NCBI GenBank assembly: GCA_963761705.1
Contig: CAVXHK010000001.1
Coordinates: forward strand, 1,925,218-1,989,217
From: an uncultured Verrucomicrobiae bacterium
GTDB lineage: Bacteria; Verrucomicrobiota; Verrucomicrobiia; Chthoniobacterales; JAATET01
DNA length: 64,000 nucleotides
Reading direction: 5' to 3'
Positions 1 to 9,051 of the stretch are shown piece after piece (the first letter of the stretch is position 1; every line of letters starts with the position of its first letter). The notes below the pieces were generated by a model. That model did no database searches. It was not told the origin of the DNA and worked only from the letters and a program-made list of their open reading frames with translations. Position numbers and translations under genes: made by a program.

Positions 1-932
1 AGAAAAAAGGCGGCGAACTCACGCTCGTTCGCAACAAACGCTACCCAAGCGCGGACTACGGCGGCCTCAACGAGATCGTCGCGAAATTCCTCGCGAAGAC
101 GGGCGACCGCGTCCTTGGAGCTTGCTTCGGCGTGCCCGGGGTGGTCCGCAACAACCGGGCGCAGCCAACCAATCTCAAATGGGAGATCGACGGCGCTTCG
201 CTGGCCGCGGATCTGAAGACGAACCACGTCGTTCTTCTCAATGATCTGGCGGCCAATGCGGCTGGGATCGCGGAGTTGTCCGACGACCATTTCGAGACTT
301 TGCAAGAGGGGTTGGCCGCGCCGGTCGGAAATCGCTGCGTCATCTCACCGGGCACGGGTCTGGGGGAAGCGGGGCTTTTTTGGGACGGCGAGCGTCATCG
401 CCCTTGGGCGTCGGAGGGCGGACACGCCAACTTCGCACCGCGCTCCGACCTGGAGATCGAGCTGCTGTCTTACCTGCAGAGTCGCTTCGGGCACGTGAGT
501 ATCGAGCGGGTCGCTTCGGGGCAGGGGATTCCGAATATCTACGCTTTTCTGCGGGACTCCGGGCACGGCAAAGAGCGGTCGGAGGTGCTCGAGGCGTTCA
601 AGAAGGGCGATCCGGGCGAGGTGATCGCGAGGGCCGCGGAAGACGGGAGCTGCAAGATGTGCGCGCAGACGGTCGAGATTTTTGCTCACACGCTGGCGAA
701 CGAGGCCGCCAACTTGGCGTTGAAGACGATGGCGACGGGCGGCGTGTATTTCGGCGGGGGGATCCCGGCGAAAATGCTGTGGAAGCTGCGCAATCCGGCG
801 TTCATCGCGGACTTCAACGCGAAGGGTCGCTTGGAATCGCTGATGGAGTCCATGCCGGTGAAAGTGATCCTCGACGACGAGGCCGCGCTGCTGGGCGCTG
901 CGCGGATCGCGGCGGATTCTCTCATCAACTGA
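1..932 (+). CDS. glk: Glucokinase, 5' end cut by window edge
   Basis: The frame of listed ORF 132..932 stays open back to base 3 (KKGGELTLVRNKRYPSADYGGLNEIVAKFLAKTGDRVLGACFGVPG...). Glucokinase-like motifs are present: LLNDLAANA, ISPGTGLGEA, GGHANFAP, VYFGGGI. Confidence 0.85.
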   Translation, partial: KKGGELTLVRNKRYPSADYGGLNEIVAKFLAKTGDRVLGACFGVPGVVRNNRAQPTNLKWEIDGASLAADLKTNHVVLLNDLAANAAGIAELSDDHFETLQEGLAAPVGNRCVISPGTGLGEAGLFWDGERHRPWASEGGHANFAPRSDLEIELLSYLQSRFGHVSIERVASGQGIPNIYAFLRDSGHGKERSEVLEAFKKGDPGEVIARAAEDGSCKMCAQTVEIFAHTLANEAANLALKTMATGGVYFGGGIPAKMLWKLRNPAFIADFNAKGRLESLMESMPVKVILDDEAALLGAARIAADSLIN

Positions 933-1188
933 CCCGCGGAACCGCACTCACGGTCGAAGGCCGGGCACCGATCTGTCAGCGGTGCTTTCGGGTGCGATGA
1001 CCGCGGACGCGCTGGTGACGCTTGCGATTCTCATGGGTCTCGAGATCAACACGGTCGAAGACAATTGCATCTCGCCGCGCCTTGAAATAACCCTCGCTGG
1101 ATGAAAACTGCTTTTTACTTCGTTGCTGGTTTGGTGGCTCTCGGGTTCGTGACGGGCTGCTGCTGCATTTAACGAGCGCGCCGTTGCG

Positions 1189-1665
1189 ATGAATGCCTCC
1201 TTCCCCGAGGTCACCGGGATCTTCGTTTCGCCGGGGCATAATTTTTATGGTCACGAGAAGGGCGGGCCTCCCGGGGAACATCCCCTATTCGAGGTGGACC
1301 GGGTCGAGTGCGTGGCGGGCAAGGGATTGGTCGGGGATCGTTTTTTCGACTACAAGCCGGACTACAAGGGGCAGGTGACCTTCTTCGCCGATGAAGTGTT
1401 CGCGGTGCTCTGCGAGCAGTTTGACGTTCGCGATCGCTCGGTGGGCGTGCTGCGGCGGAACGTGATCACGCGGGGGGTCGACCTGAATTCGCTGGTTGGG
1501 CGGGAGTTTGAAGTGCAGGGGGTGCGGTTCGTGGGGAGCGAGGAAGCGGCGCCTTGCCTGTGGATGAACTCGGCGTTTGCGCCGGGGGCGCACGATGCGA
1601 TGCGGGGGCGGGGCGGGTTGCGGGCGCGAATCCTGAGCGACGGGGAGCTGCGCGTCGGTGCGTGA
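1189..1665 (+). CDS. MOSC domain-containing protein
   Basis: 158-aa ORF. By recall it has a MOSC-like pattern: GLVGDRF, a conserved Cys in EEAAPCLWM, and GGLRARIL. Confidence 0.7.
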   Translation: MNASFPEVTGIFVSPGHNFYGHEKGGPPGEHPLFEVDRVECVAGKGLVGDRFFDYKPDYKGQVTFFADEVFAVLCEQFDVRDRSVGVLRRNVITRGVDLNSLVGREFEVQGVRFVGSEEAAPCLWMNSAFAPGAHDAMRGRGGLRARILSDGELRVGA

Positions 1666-1680
1666 GCCATTGCGTTCGGA

Positions 1681-2556
1681 ATGAGCCGGGATTCCCGGTG
1701 GGTAGCGTGGGCTCTGTTGGCTCCGGCTTTGTTGCTGGTGGCTGCGGTGGCGGTGTATCCGGTGGTGCGGACGGTGACGCTGAGCTTCTTTTCGCAAAAT
1801 CTGGGGACTGAGTTGCAGCCGGTTTTCGCCGGGTTATTGAACTACGAGCGCTTGTGGTCGGATGCGCATTTTTGGGAGACGGTCGGTCGGACGTTGGTTT
1901 TTACCGCGCTGGCCGTGGGGGCGGAGGTTGTGCTGGGGTTGGGGGTCGCACTGGCCGTGCACCATTCGCCGTTTGGGCGGGGTCTGGCGCGGACGGCGGC
2001 TCTGGTGCCTTGGGTGTTGCCGACTTCGGCGCTGGCGCTGGGTTGGATCTGGATTTTCAACGATCAATTCGGGGTCGTGAACGATCTGTTGCGGGGGAGC
2101 GGGGTGATTGAGCAGCCGGTGGTGTGGTTGGGACAGCCGGGGACGGCCTTTGCGGCGCTGGTGTTGGCGGACGTCTGGAAGACCACGCCGTTCATCGCGA
2201 TCCTGGTGCTGGCGGGCTTGCAGACGATTCCGGGACAGCTTTACGAGGCAGCGGCGATCGATGGGGCGGGACGGGTGGGGCAGTTTCTGCGGATCACGTT
2301 GCCGATGTTGCGGCCGACGATCTTCGTCGCAGTGCTGTTCCGGGCGCTCCAGTCGTTCGGGATTTTCGACCTGGTTTACGTGATGACGGGGGGTGGGCCC
2401 GGGGGAGCGACGGAGACGGTGGCGGTCTACACCTACCGGAACTTTATGCGGTATCTGGACTTTGGGTACGGGTCGGCGCTGCTGGTGGTTGGAGCGGCGG
2501 TGATGGCGGCGATGACGTTGGGGATCTGGCTTGTTTTGGGGAGGGAGCGGGAGTGA
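1681..2556 (+). CDS. Sugar ABC transporter permease (MalF/UgpA type)
   Basis: 291-aa multi-TM ORF with the EAA-loop motif LYEAAAIDGAGRVGQFLRITLPMLRP. Confidence 0.85.
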   Translation: MSRDSRWVAWALLAPALLLVAAVAVYPVVRTVTLSFFSQNLGTELQPVFAGLLNYERLWSDAHFWETVGRTLVFTALAVGAEVVLGLGVALAVHHSPFGRGLARTAALVPWVLPTSALALGWIWIFNDQFGVVNDLLRGSGVIEQPVVWLGQPGTAFAALVLADVWKTTPFIAILVLAGLQTIPGQLYEAAAIDGAGRVGQFLRITLPMLRPTIFVAVLFRALQSFGIFDLVYVMTGGGPGGATETVAVYTYRNFMRYLDFGYGSALLVVGAAVMAAMTLGIWLVLGRERE

Positions 2557-3434
2557 GGGACGCTTCGCGTTTGGGAACGAAGCCGAGCTGGGGACGCCTC
2601 GGTTCGTACGCGGGGACGCGTGCTCTCCCCTTGCTTGGCTTGGCTGGGTTGCTCGTTTGGTGTCTCGGGCCTTTGTGGTGGCAGTTTGTGACCGCCGTTA
2701 AAACCAATGCGGAAATCACGGCCCTGCCGGTGACTTACTTTCCGCGCGACTGGACGTTTGAGCATTTCGCCGATCTTTTTGCTCGGCGACCGTTTGCGCG
2801 GTTTCTTTGGAACAGCTTTTTCATTAGCTCGTGTGCGACATTCCTGTGCTTGGTGGTGAGCGTGCCCGCGGCTTACTCGTTTGCGCGTCTGAGGCCGCGG
2901 GGTGGTCCGGTGATTGTGGGGTTGCTCATCGCGATCTCGTTTTTCCCGATGATCGCGTTCTTTTTTCCGCTGTATGAGGTGGTGCGGTGGGCGGGGCTGA
3001 CTAACAATCCGCTTTCGCTCATTGTTCCTTACGCCGCTTTTAATCTGCCAATTGGGATCCTGTTTCTAACCGCGTTCTTTCGAACGATTCCGAAAGAGAT
3101 CGACGAGGCTGGCGTGATGGATGGTTTGGGGCGCGTGCGGACGTTGTGGTATCTCATTCTGCCCTTGTCGACACCGGGCTTGGTGACGTCTGGGCTACTG
3201 GTGTTCATCGCGTCGTGGAACGAGTTCCTGCTCGCGCTGACTTTCTTGCCCCGGGCGGAGGCGCAGACGGTGACAGTGGCGATCGCGGGTCTGAGCGGAG
3301 GAAGTCTGTTTGAGTTGCCGTGGGGACTCATCGGCGCGGCGATCGTCGTGAGCGTCGCGCCGTTATTGGTGCTGGTGGCGTTTTTCCAGCGGCGGATCGT
3401 CGAGGGGTTGACGACGGGGACGACGGCGAACTGA
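2553..3434 (+). CDS. Sugar ABC transporter permease (MalG/UgpE type)
   Basis: C-terminal 293 codons of listed ORF 2124..3434. Start placed at the in-frame GTG 2553, which overlaps the upstream stop (GTGA). EAA-loop motif IDEAGVMDGLGRVRTLWYLILPLSTP. Confidence 0.85.
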   Translation: MRDASRLGTKPSWGRLGSYAGTRALPLLGLAGLLVWCLGPLWWQFVTAVKTNAEITALPVTYFPRDWTFEHFADLFARRPFARFLWNSFFISSCATFLCLVVSVPAAYSFARLRPRGGPVIVGLLIAISFFPMIAFFFPLYEVVRWAGLTNNPLSLIVPYAAFNLPIGILFLTAFFRTIPKEIDEAGVMDGLGRVRTLWYLILPLSTPGLVTSGLLVFIASWNEFLLALTFLPRAEAQTVTVAIAGLSGGSLFELPWGLIGAAIVVSVAPLLVLVAFFQRRIVEGLTTGTTAN

Positions 3435-3558
3435 TGCCCCGGAGTCGGCCCGGACCGGCGCGGGGTGTGGCCGTGGACTGGCTCGAAGGGCGATGATTCT
3501 TTCGACCCACCCGGAAGGCAAGCGGCGTGCGAAGCAGTTTTGAAACGTTCTTTTCCAC

Positions 3559-4065
3559 GTGCAGATTGAAACCCTCCACCCACCTTCGTCCGACTGGATT
3601 CCGAACCACCCGCGCTTTCCGACGATCATTTACCGGGGGGCTTTCGCCCCGGCGGAGGGAGAGAATCCCGAGGCCATCGAGCTGGAATTATCGAAGCACG
3701 GATGGAAGCCAGCGTGGAGGTTCGGCCTCCACCCATACCCTCATTTTCACAGCACGACGCACGAGGTCATCGCGGCCTACCGGGGTCGCGCGAGGGTACG
3801 GCTGGGGCACGCCGCGGGTGGGGAGTTTGAACTTCAGGCGGGAGACGTGGTCCTGATCCCGGCCGGGGTTGGGCACGAATGCGTGGATTCGAGCGGGAGA
3901 TTCGCAGCCGTCGGAGCCTATCCGTACGGATTCTCGCCGGATGTGGTCACCGGACGGCCGGCGGACCCGAGGGCGGTGAAGCGACGGGTGGCTAGTGTGG
4001 CCCGCCCGGAGTGCGATCCGGTCTCCGGGCGCCGGGGACCGATGCTGAGCGAGTGGGCGGATTGA
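3559..4065 (+). CDS. Cupin domain protein
   Basis: 168-aa ORF with cupin motifs: HFHSTTHEV...G, then GDVVLIPAGVGH. Confidence 0.6.
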   Translation: MQIETLHPPSSDWIPNHPRFPTIIYRGAFAPAEGENPEAIELELSKHGWKPAWRFGLHPYPHFHSTTHEVIAAYRGRARVRLGHAAGGEFELQAGDVVLIPAGVGHECVDSSGRFAAVGAYPYGFSPDVVTGRPADPRAVKRRVASVARPECDPVSGRRGPMLSEWAD

Positions 4066-4868
4066 ACCGCGGAGCGGGCGGCGCTCTGCAGCGCGAGCGG
4101 GGGCTTGATGGCAAAATGGACGCCGCTGGCTGATCAACGGCGACGGGGTCTTCGTTCCGGGCGGTCGTCCGGCAGGTGGGGCTCGGCTGTCAGCTCGGGG
4201 GTGCGCACGGGTCTGCGCCGGACCGTCATTCCGAATCGGAAGGCGGCGGGTTTCCGGGCTGACCGCTCTGGATCGCGGGGATGACAAGACGTTTGAGATA
4301 GATCCGCGTGGCGGCTGCGAGGAGGGCCCCCATCACGCCGTAGAGGGTGGCACCGGCGATGACGGCGACGATCGTGAAGAACGGGGGGAGCTCCACGCTG
4401 TGCCGCATGACTTTCGGGACGATGAAGTTACCCTCGACGACGGAGAGAACCACGAAGAAGACGGTCGTCGTGATGGCCACCCAAAGGGGTTGGGTGGCGA
4501 AAGCCAGCGGGATGGCGATGAAGGCCGCCGCGAACGGACCCACCAAGGGGATGAGTTCACCGACGGCGCCGACCACGCCGATGAGAAACGGGCTGGGAAG
4601 TCCGAGGAGGAGCATGGCGAGCGAGATGACCGTGAGCATGGACAAGACGAGGATGGTCTGTCCGCGGAGCCAGCCGCCCATCGTCTGGAGGGCTTCGCTC
4701 GTCGTCGCCGCCAGCGCCGCTTGATGCCCGGGCGGGATCAGAGCGAGGAATGCGGCGCGAAGTTTTTCCTCTTCCAGCAAGAGGTAGAAGGTGAGGGCGA
4801 GCACGGTGAGCGCAGACCCGAGTCCACCGAGGACTCCGAGGAGGGCGGAGGTCGTTTGCAGAAGGTAG

Positions 4869-6332
4869 TGTCGGGGCCGGAGCAAAACCGGACAGAGACG
4901 GAGCAAAACCGGAATAGGAGACGGAGCAAAACCGGACAGGGGGGTGGAAGCAGCGCGGGAAGCGCCTCGGAGGCGGCCGGAGCGGAGCGGAGGCCGCCGG
5001 AGAGGCGCTTCCCGCGCTGGCGCGCTTGGTGGGGGCGGCTTGGAAATGCCTTTCCCAAGCAGATGGCCACTTTGCTTTGGCTCGGCTTCCGGCGTGGACG
5101 ATGATCCTGCGATGAAAAAAAGCAGTTAGCACACCGCCATCCCGCCGGGTTCGTCCGACGCACGCTTGCAGACTTCAACGCAGGAACCCTCGACGCGGCC
5201 ACGGCAGCTGCGCATCTGGGAGTGAGCCGCTCCCGGCTCTACGAACTGCGCGGAGTCTTCCTGCGGGAACGCGCCGACTACGGACCGAAGGCCAGCGGGG
5301 GAGACCGGTCCGAGGACTGGCCTGCCAAGACGCGATGCCTGCTCGAGGAGTTCCTTCCCCTTCAAAATCCGCCCAACTACCAGCTCGTCGCCGATGAACT
5401 CGAACGCCTCTGCGGATTTCGCCGGGCGCGCTCCACGGTCGAGGCCCACGTCAAAGCGCACTACGCGCATCTGGTGCCCTCTGCGGCCCGCAAGCCCCGG
5501 GTTTACCGACGCTTCCGCCGCGAGCACATCGGAGAAGCTCTGGCAACACGACAGTTCCATCCACCAGTGGTGGCCAGCCAACTCCAAGCAGACCCTCCTG
5601 CTCACCGTGGACGACGCATCCGGACTCAATCTCGCGGGCCGTTTCGTCGGGTCGGACACCACTTGGAACCACTTCGAGCACTTCCGCGAAGCCTTCACCC
5701 GCTGGGGGCTTCCCGAGATCCTCTACACCGATGGTCTGAGCCTCTTCGGACCGAGTTCTACCGACGACCATCGCGATCCCCAAAGCGAGTTCCAGCGCGC
5801 CATGCTGGGGCTGGGCTCCGCCCACCTCGTGGCTCCCACCCCGCAGGCCAAGGGCAAGATCGAGCGGCGCTTCGGCACCTTCCAGCGACGCCTGGTCACC
5901 TTGCTCGCACACGCCCACGCCACAACTTGGCCGCAAGCCGACGCCATCCTCCAGATGGAGATCGAGCGACAGAACCTCAAGCTCAACCGCTCGTCCGGCA
6001 AAATCCCCCTCGAAGTCTGGGAGATCCAGTCCCTCCGTGGCCACACTCGCCTGCGTCCTCCTCCGTCTCCTGCCCTCCTCGATCTCCACCTCTCACTCCG
6101 CCTCTCCCGACGCGTGAACAACGACCACACCGTCGATTTTGAAGGCCGTAACTACGAGATCTCGTCCACCCTTCGCAAGCGCATCACCATCGTGCATCAC
6201 CCCGCTCGCCAATTTTGGGTTGTCGAGCATCCGCCAAAACACGTTTGGCCTCCTATTTTAGCCCATTACAGCCTCTGAATACCTGTCCGGTTTTGCTCCG
6301 GCAAGAAATCCGGTTTTGCTCCGTCGCCGACA
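4869..6332 (+). mobile_element. IS481-like insertion sequence (copy A, degenerate)
   Basis: A 16-bp direct repeat CGTTTGCAGAAGGTAG occurs at 4853-4868 and 6333-6348. The terminal inverted repeats are TGTCGGGGCCGGAGCAAAACCGGA and TGTCGGCGACGGAGCAAAACCGGA (second one read as reverse complement). The subterminal motif GGAGCAAAACCGGA occurs 3x at the left end (4879, 4900, 4923) and 2x inverted at the right end (6286, 6309). The element encodes an rve-type DDE transposase. Confidence 0.75.
5165..6278 (+). pseudogene. IS481-family DDE (rve) transposase, frameshifted and lacking a canonical start
   Basis: N-terminal homology (...LADFNAGTLDAATAAAHLGVSRSRLYEL...RRFRREHIGE) lies in the frame of ORF 5222..6142. 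The catalytic part (LWQHDSSIHQWW...VDDASG...YTDG...TPQAKGKIERRF) lies in ORF 5394..6278. The frames switch near 5528-5536. The intact paralogue at 39068..40210 reads through the same junction (RRWQVQQIGQLWQYDASPHRWF). The position aligned with the paralogue's Met is CTT. Confidence 0.7.
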
Positions 6333-6945
6333 CGTTTGCAGAAGGTAGTCGCCGATCCGGCTCAATTGCTCTTGGATCGAAGTGAGCACGCCCTCGGCGT
6401 TCGGCAGTTGCGGGAGACGTTCGTGGAGCTGTTGCAGCCAAGCCGTCAGGCTGTCGGTGTACTCTTGAAAGTGGCTCCACGCCTGGTTGCTCTCGCTCCA
6501 GAGCGAGGCGCCAATGAACCAAAAGATGCCGCCGGCGAGGAAGGCAATCGCCAGGAGGACGGCGAAGATCGCCGGACCGCGGGGCAGGGAATGGGATTGA
6601 AGCCACCGGACCAAGGGGTGAATGCCCGTCGCCAGAACTAGGCTGGCGAGTACGAGGGCAACGAGGGAGATCAGTTCATGCGCCAGCCAGAGGGCGGCGA
6701 CGATACCCAGGACGGAGAGCGCAACCTGGATGGCAGGAAGGCGGGGGGAGCGGGGCATACTTGTTTTTCGCGGCTGCATCCGTTCGCGGTCGGGCCGGGG
6801 TGGGGGATGGACAACCAGTCGGCACGCGGTAACCGGTATCGTTCTCCTAAGTGAGCGACGCCGGAAGTCCGGTTCCGCCGGGCCGTCCGGTCGCCGCTGG
6901 TCGTTTCGCGCGATGGCGGTTCGGCTTGCTGTCGCCTCCGCGGTC

Positions 6946-7809
6946 TCACTCGGGTGGCGCGAGGTCTTCGATGAGACGCTCGTCGCCCGGGGCGTTGTGA
7001 TTCCAGTAGTCGAGGCGGGTCGTACCGCTGAGTGTGAGGCTGCCGCCGTCGGCGCGGGTCCAGGACCGAAGGATGTAGGGTGAGGTGGGCGCGAACGTGA
7101 AGACGTCGGTGCCGCCTGCGTGTTCGACGGTCACAGTCTTCGCTTCCGTGGTCGCCGTCACCGAAAAGTTGGCTTCGGTGAACTCAAGGGCGTCGGCTTT
7201 GCTGTTGACGACTGAGCCGGTGAGGGGGGCGGTGAAGGTCGTCGCGTTTTCCCAATCGAGGAGTCGGAGCTTGAAGGGGAGTTCGTCGTAAAAGAGGGCA
7301 CCGGGAGGGAGTTCGGAGTCGCGTTGGACGTCGCTCATGCCTTCCCAGTAGGTGTGGGCTCGGTAGGCGAGGGTGTCGTCGGCAACGCGTCCTTCCTTGT
7401 AGCTGTTCCCGCAGCTGTCCATGCTGGCGAGGGAGAATTTCTCGAGGTCGCCGGTCCCCGCGTTCCAGAAGCTGGAGTGCATTTGGTCGTAATGGTAGAC
7501 GCCGGTCGGGACGCGGATGATCTGATTGAGTTTGATCACCGGATACGCTCCCTGGGTTTTCCAGTCGTTTGCTTTGACTTTGTCGTTCGGGAGGAAATTT
7601 TCTCGGACGAGGATCTGACGAACCTCCGTCTCGCGCGGAACGCCGTAGCGGACTTCGAGCGCGTCGTAGAAGCTGTATTCCGCTTTGCCGTCACCCCAGA
7701 GGGTTTCGTCTTGGAGGAGGGCGGTTGTGAAGGGCGATACCGCGTGAGCATCGAGAGTCAAGGCAGCCAGGAGGCAAAAAACGGGTCGGAGCATCCGATC
7801 ATCTACCAC
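6946..7809 (-). CDS. Hypothetical secreted protein
   Basis: 287-aa ORF with an N-terminal signal-like segment (MLRPVFCLLAALTLDAHA). I recognise no family. The start may be Met at 7794. Confidence 0.55.
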   Translation of the reverse strand: MVDDRMLRPVFCLLAALTLDAHAVSPFTTALLQDETLWGDGKAEYSFYDALEVRYGVPRETEVRQILVRENFLPNDKVKANDWKTQGAYPVIKLNQIIRVPTGVYHYDQMHSSFWNAGTGDLEKFSLASMDSCGNSYKEGRVADDTLAYRAHTYWEGMSDVQRDSELPPGALFYDELPFKLRLLDWENATTFTAPLTGSVVNSKADALEFTEANFSVTATTEAKTVTVEHAGGTDVFTFAPTSPYILRSWTRADGGSLTLSGTTRLDYWNHNAPGDERLIEDLAPPE

Positions 7810-7928
7810 TGAATTACGGAACTCGCAAAGGTGAGACCGCCGTCGAAGACGACGAGAAGGATGTAGTCACCGACCTTGAAGCGCCCGGAGCGATTCGCTT
7901 CGTCGAGGGCGGTTGCCACGGCGGCGGA
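7803..7928 (-). pseudogene. Orphan fabH (KAS III) 3'-terminal fragment
   Basis: The minus strand reads ...[41 protein letters not shown]. This parallels the C-terminus of the real FabH at 19364.. (...[42 protein letters not shown]). Nucleotide identity is roughly three quarters by eye. Confidence 0.7.
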
Positions 7929-8046
7929 CTCACCTTCGCCAGCAGCGTCATCCAATGGTGACACCGTGCGAGCGCAAAACCAACCCCGGAGGGCGAGGCT
8001 CCCGCCGACCCGTAGTTAAGAAGAACCATCGTTAATCGGTAGCGGC
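7920..8046 (+). repeat. Left arm of an inverted repeat: last 13 codons of fabH plus ~85 bp of its downstream region
   Basis: The plus strand reads [13 protein letters not shown] (7920-7961). It then continues CCAACCCCGGAGGGCGAGGCTCCCGCCGACCCGTAGTTAAGAAGAACCATCGTTAATCGGTAGCGG, which matches the reverse complement of 19282-19405 with few mismatches. Confidence 0.7.
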
Positions 8047-8855
8047 TCGCCCGATAAGCACGACACGGCCCGACGGCACCAGGCAATGGCCGCCGCCCGA
8101 GTAGATCGACCGGTTACCTCCTCCAATACCCAGGACGCCGCCCGGCCTGCCTGACTTTTTGACCGGTCCGCTTGCACGGGGCGTGACAGGCCCCGGCTCC
8201 GCGGGACTGGCGCGAGTCGTGCGCGTCCGCTCGGGGGTGAGAGCACCCGCGCGATAGCGCATTCCCTACAACTGGGAAGGTCGAGCGTGCAGCCTGGGAA
8301 GGCAACATCGGCCCTGCGATCACCGGAACCGCCAGAGCGGCTGGCTTGCACTCGGGAGCGGACCTCGCGGGGGCGCGTCCGCTCTGAGCGCGGCCCGGCG
8401 GGGGCTGTAGGGTTCGTCAACCGGGCATTGCCGGAGGCATTCTATCACCCTACTCGCGGCAACGGATTAGCTGAGCGAGCGCTCTGGCGAGCGGTGCCGC
8501 GGAGGGCCCCTTCAGGGAGGCGCCGCGTCAGGCACGGCTATACGGTGGCGCTTTTGGGTGATGTGATGCCGCGCAGGTCCCGTGATCAGGCCGCAGTCGA
8601 AACCTTCCAGAAGCGAAGCGAAGGGTGGCGTTGGTCACCCGTCCGAACGCGCTCTGGCGGAGGGTCACTTCTGCAGGACGGACGTTGCCGAAAAAATGAG
8701 CGTTCGAGTTACGAAAATCCAGCGTCGGCGCGACGGACGCCGGGTGACAGGGCCATTCGCATCTGGCGTGACTGCGCGGTCGGTCGCGGAGACTGGCGTG
8801 GATTTTGGGGTCGATTGCCGTTAGCAAGCGGTTGTAAGGAGGGGATTTTTGAACC

Positions 8856-9051
8856 AATGAACGGACTGACCCCATCGACCATCGATGACCCCATCGACAA
8901 TGAACGGACTGACCCCTTCGAAATGAACGGACTGACCCCTTCGAAATGAACGGACTGACCCCTTCGACCCCTTCGACAATGAACGGACTGACCCCTTCGA
9001 CTGACCCCTTCGACAATGAACGGACTGACCCCTTCGACTGACCCCTTCGAC
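8856..9051 (+). repeat. Tandem array of six 23-bp units AATGAACGGACTGACCCCTTCGA with interspersed partial sub-repeats
   Basis: Units start at 8856, 8899, 8922, 8945, 8978 and 9015. Extra (CTGA)CCCCTTCGAC pieces follow units 1, 4, 5 and 6. The first unit variant is ...CCCCATCGA. Confidence 0.9.

Larger units (their letters stand above)
4226..6779 (-). pseudogene. AI-2E family (PerM/YhhT-like) transporter gene split by an IS insertion
   Basis: The N-terminal part (ORF 6258..6779) ends ...SRIGDYLLQT. The C-terminal part (ORF 4226..4906) resumes ...YLLQTTSALLGVLGG... and has typical AI-2E TM segments (GELIPLVGPF, VEGNFIVPKVM). The duplicated YLLQT corresponds to the IS target-site duplication. 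Confidence 0.8.

Noticed and set aside
2124-2552. N-terminal 143 codons of listed ORF 2124..3434, treated as part of the second ABC permease.
   Set aside because: This part lies entirely inside the upstream permease gene in another frame and is Gly/Arg/Asp-rich. An in-frame GTG at 2553 overlapping the upstream stop gives a normal-length MalG-type permease.
5528-5536. Programmed ribosomal frameshift in the IS481-like copy A transposase.
   Set aside because: The junction sequence (ATCGGAGAAGCTCTGG) has no slippery heptamer that I can see. The related copy B encodes the same junction in a single frame. Copy A also lacks a canonical start codon, so decay is the simpler explanation.
7975-8420. 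Considered as RNase P RNA, tmRNA or a group II intron end. GCTTATCGGG and GAGCC...GGTTC-like strings on the minus strand prompted the idea.
   Set aside because: The universally conserved blocks I can recall are absent on either strand. These are GAGGAAAGTCCGGGC and GGTAAGAGCGCACC for RNase P, a T-arm GGTTCGAATCC plus CCA for tmRNA, and a 34-nt domain V plus a reverse-transcriptase ORF for group II introns. The candidate domain-V-like hairpin is only about 26 nt.
8856-9051. Tandem 23-bp repeats considered as a CRISPR array.
   Set aside because: The units are directly adjacent or separated only by partial copies of themselves. There are no unique spacers of 25-40 bp and no cas genes in the window.
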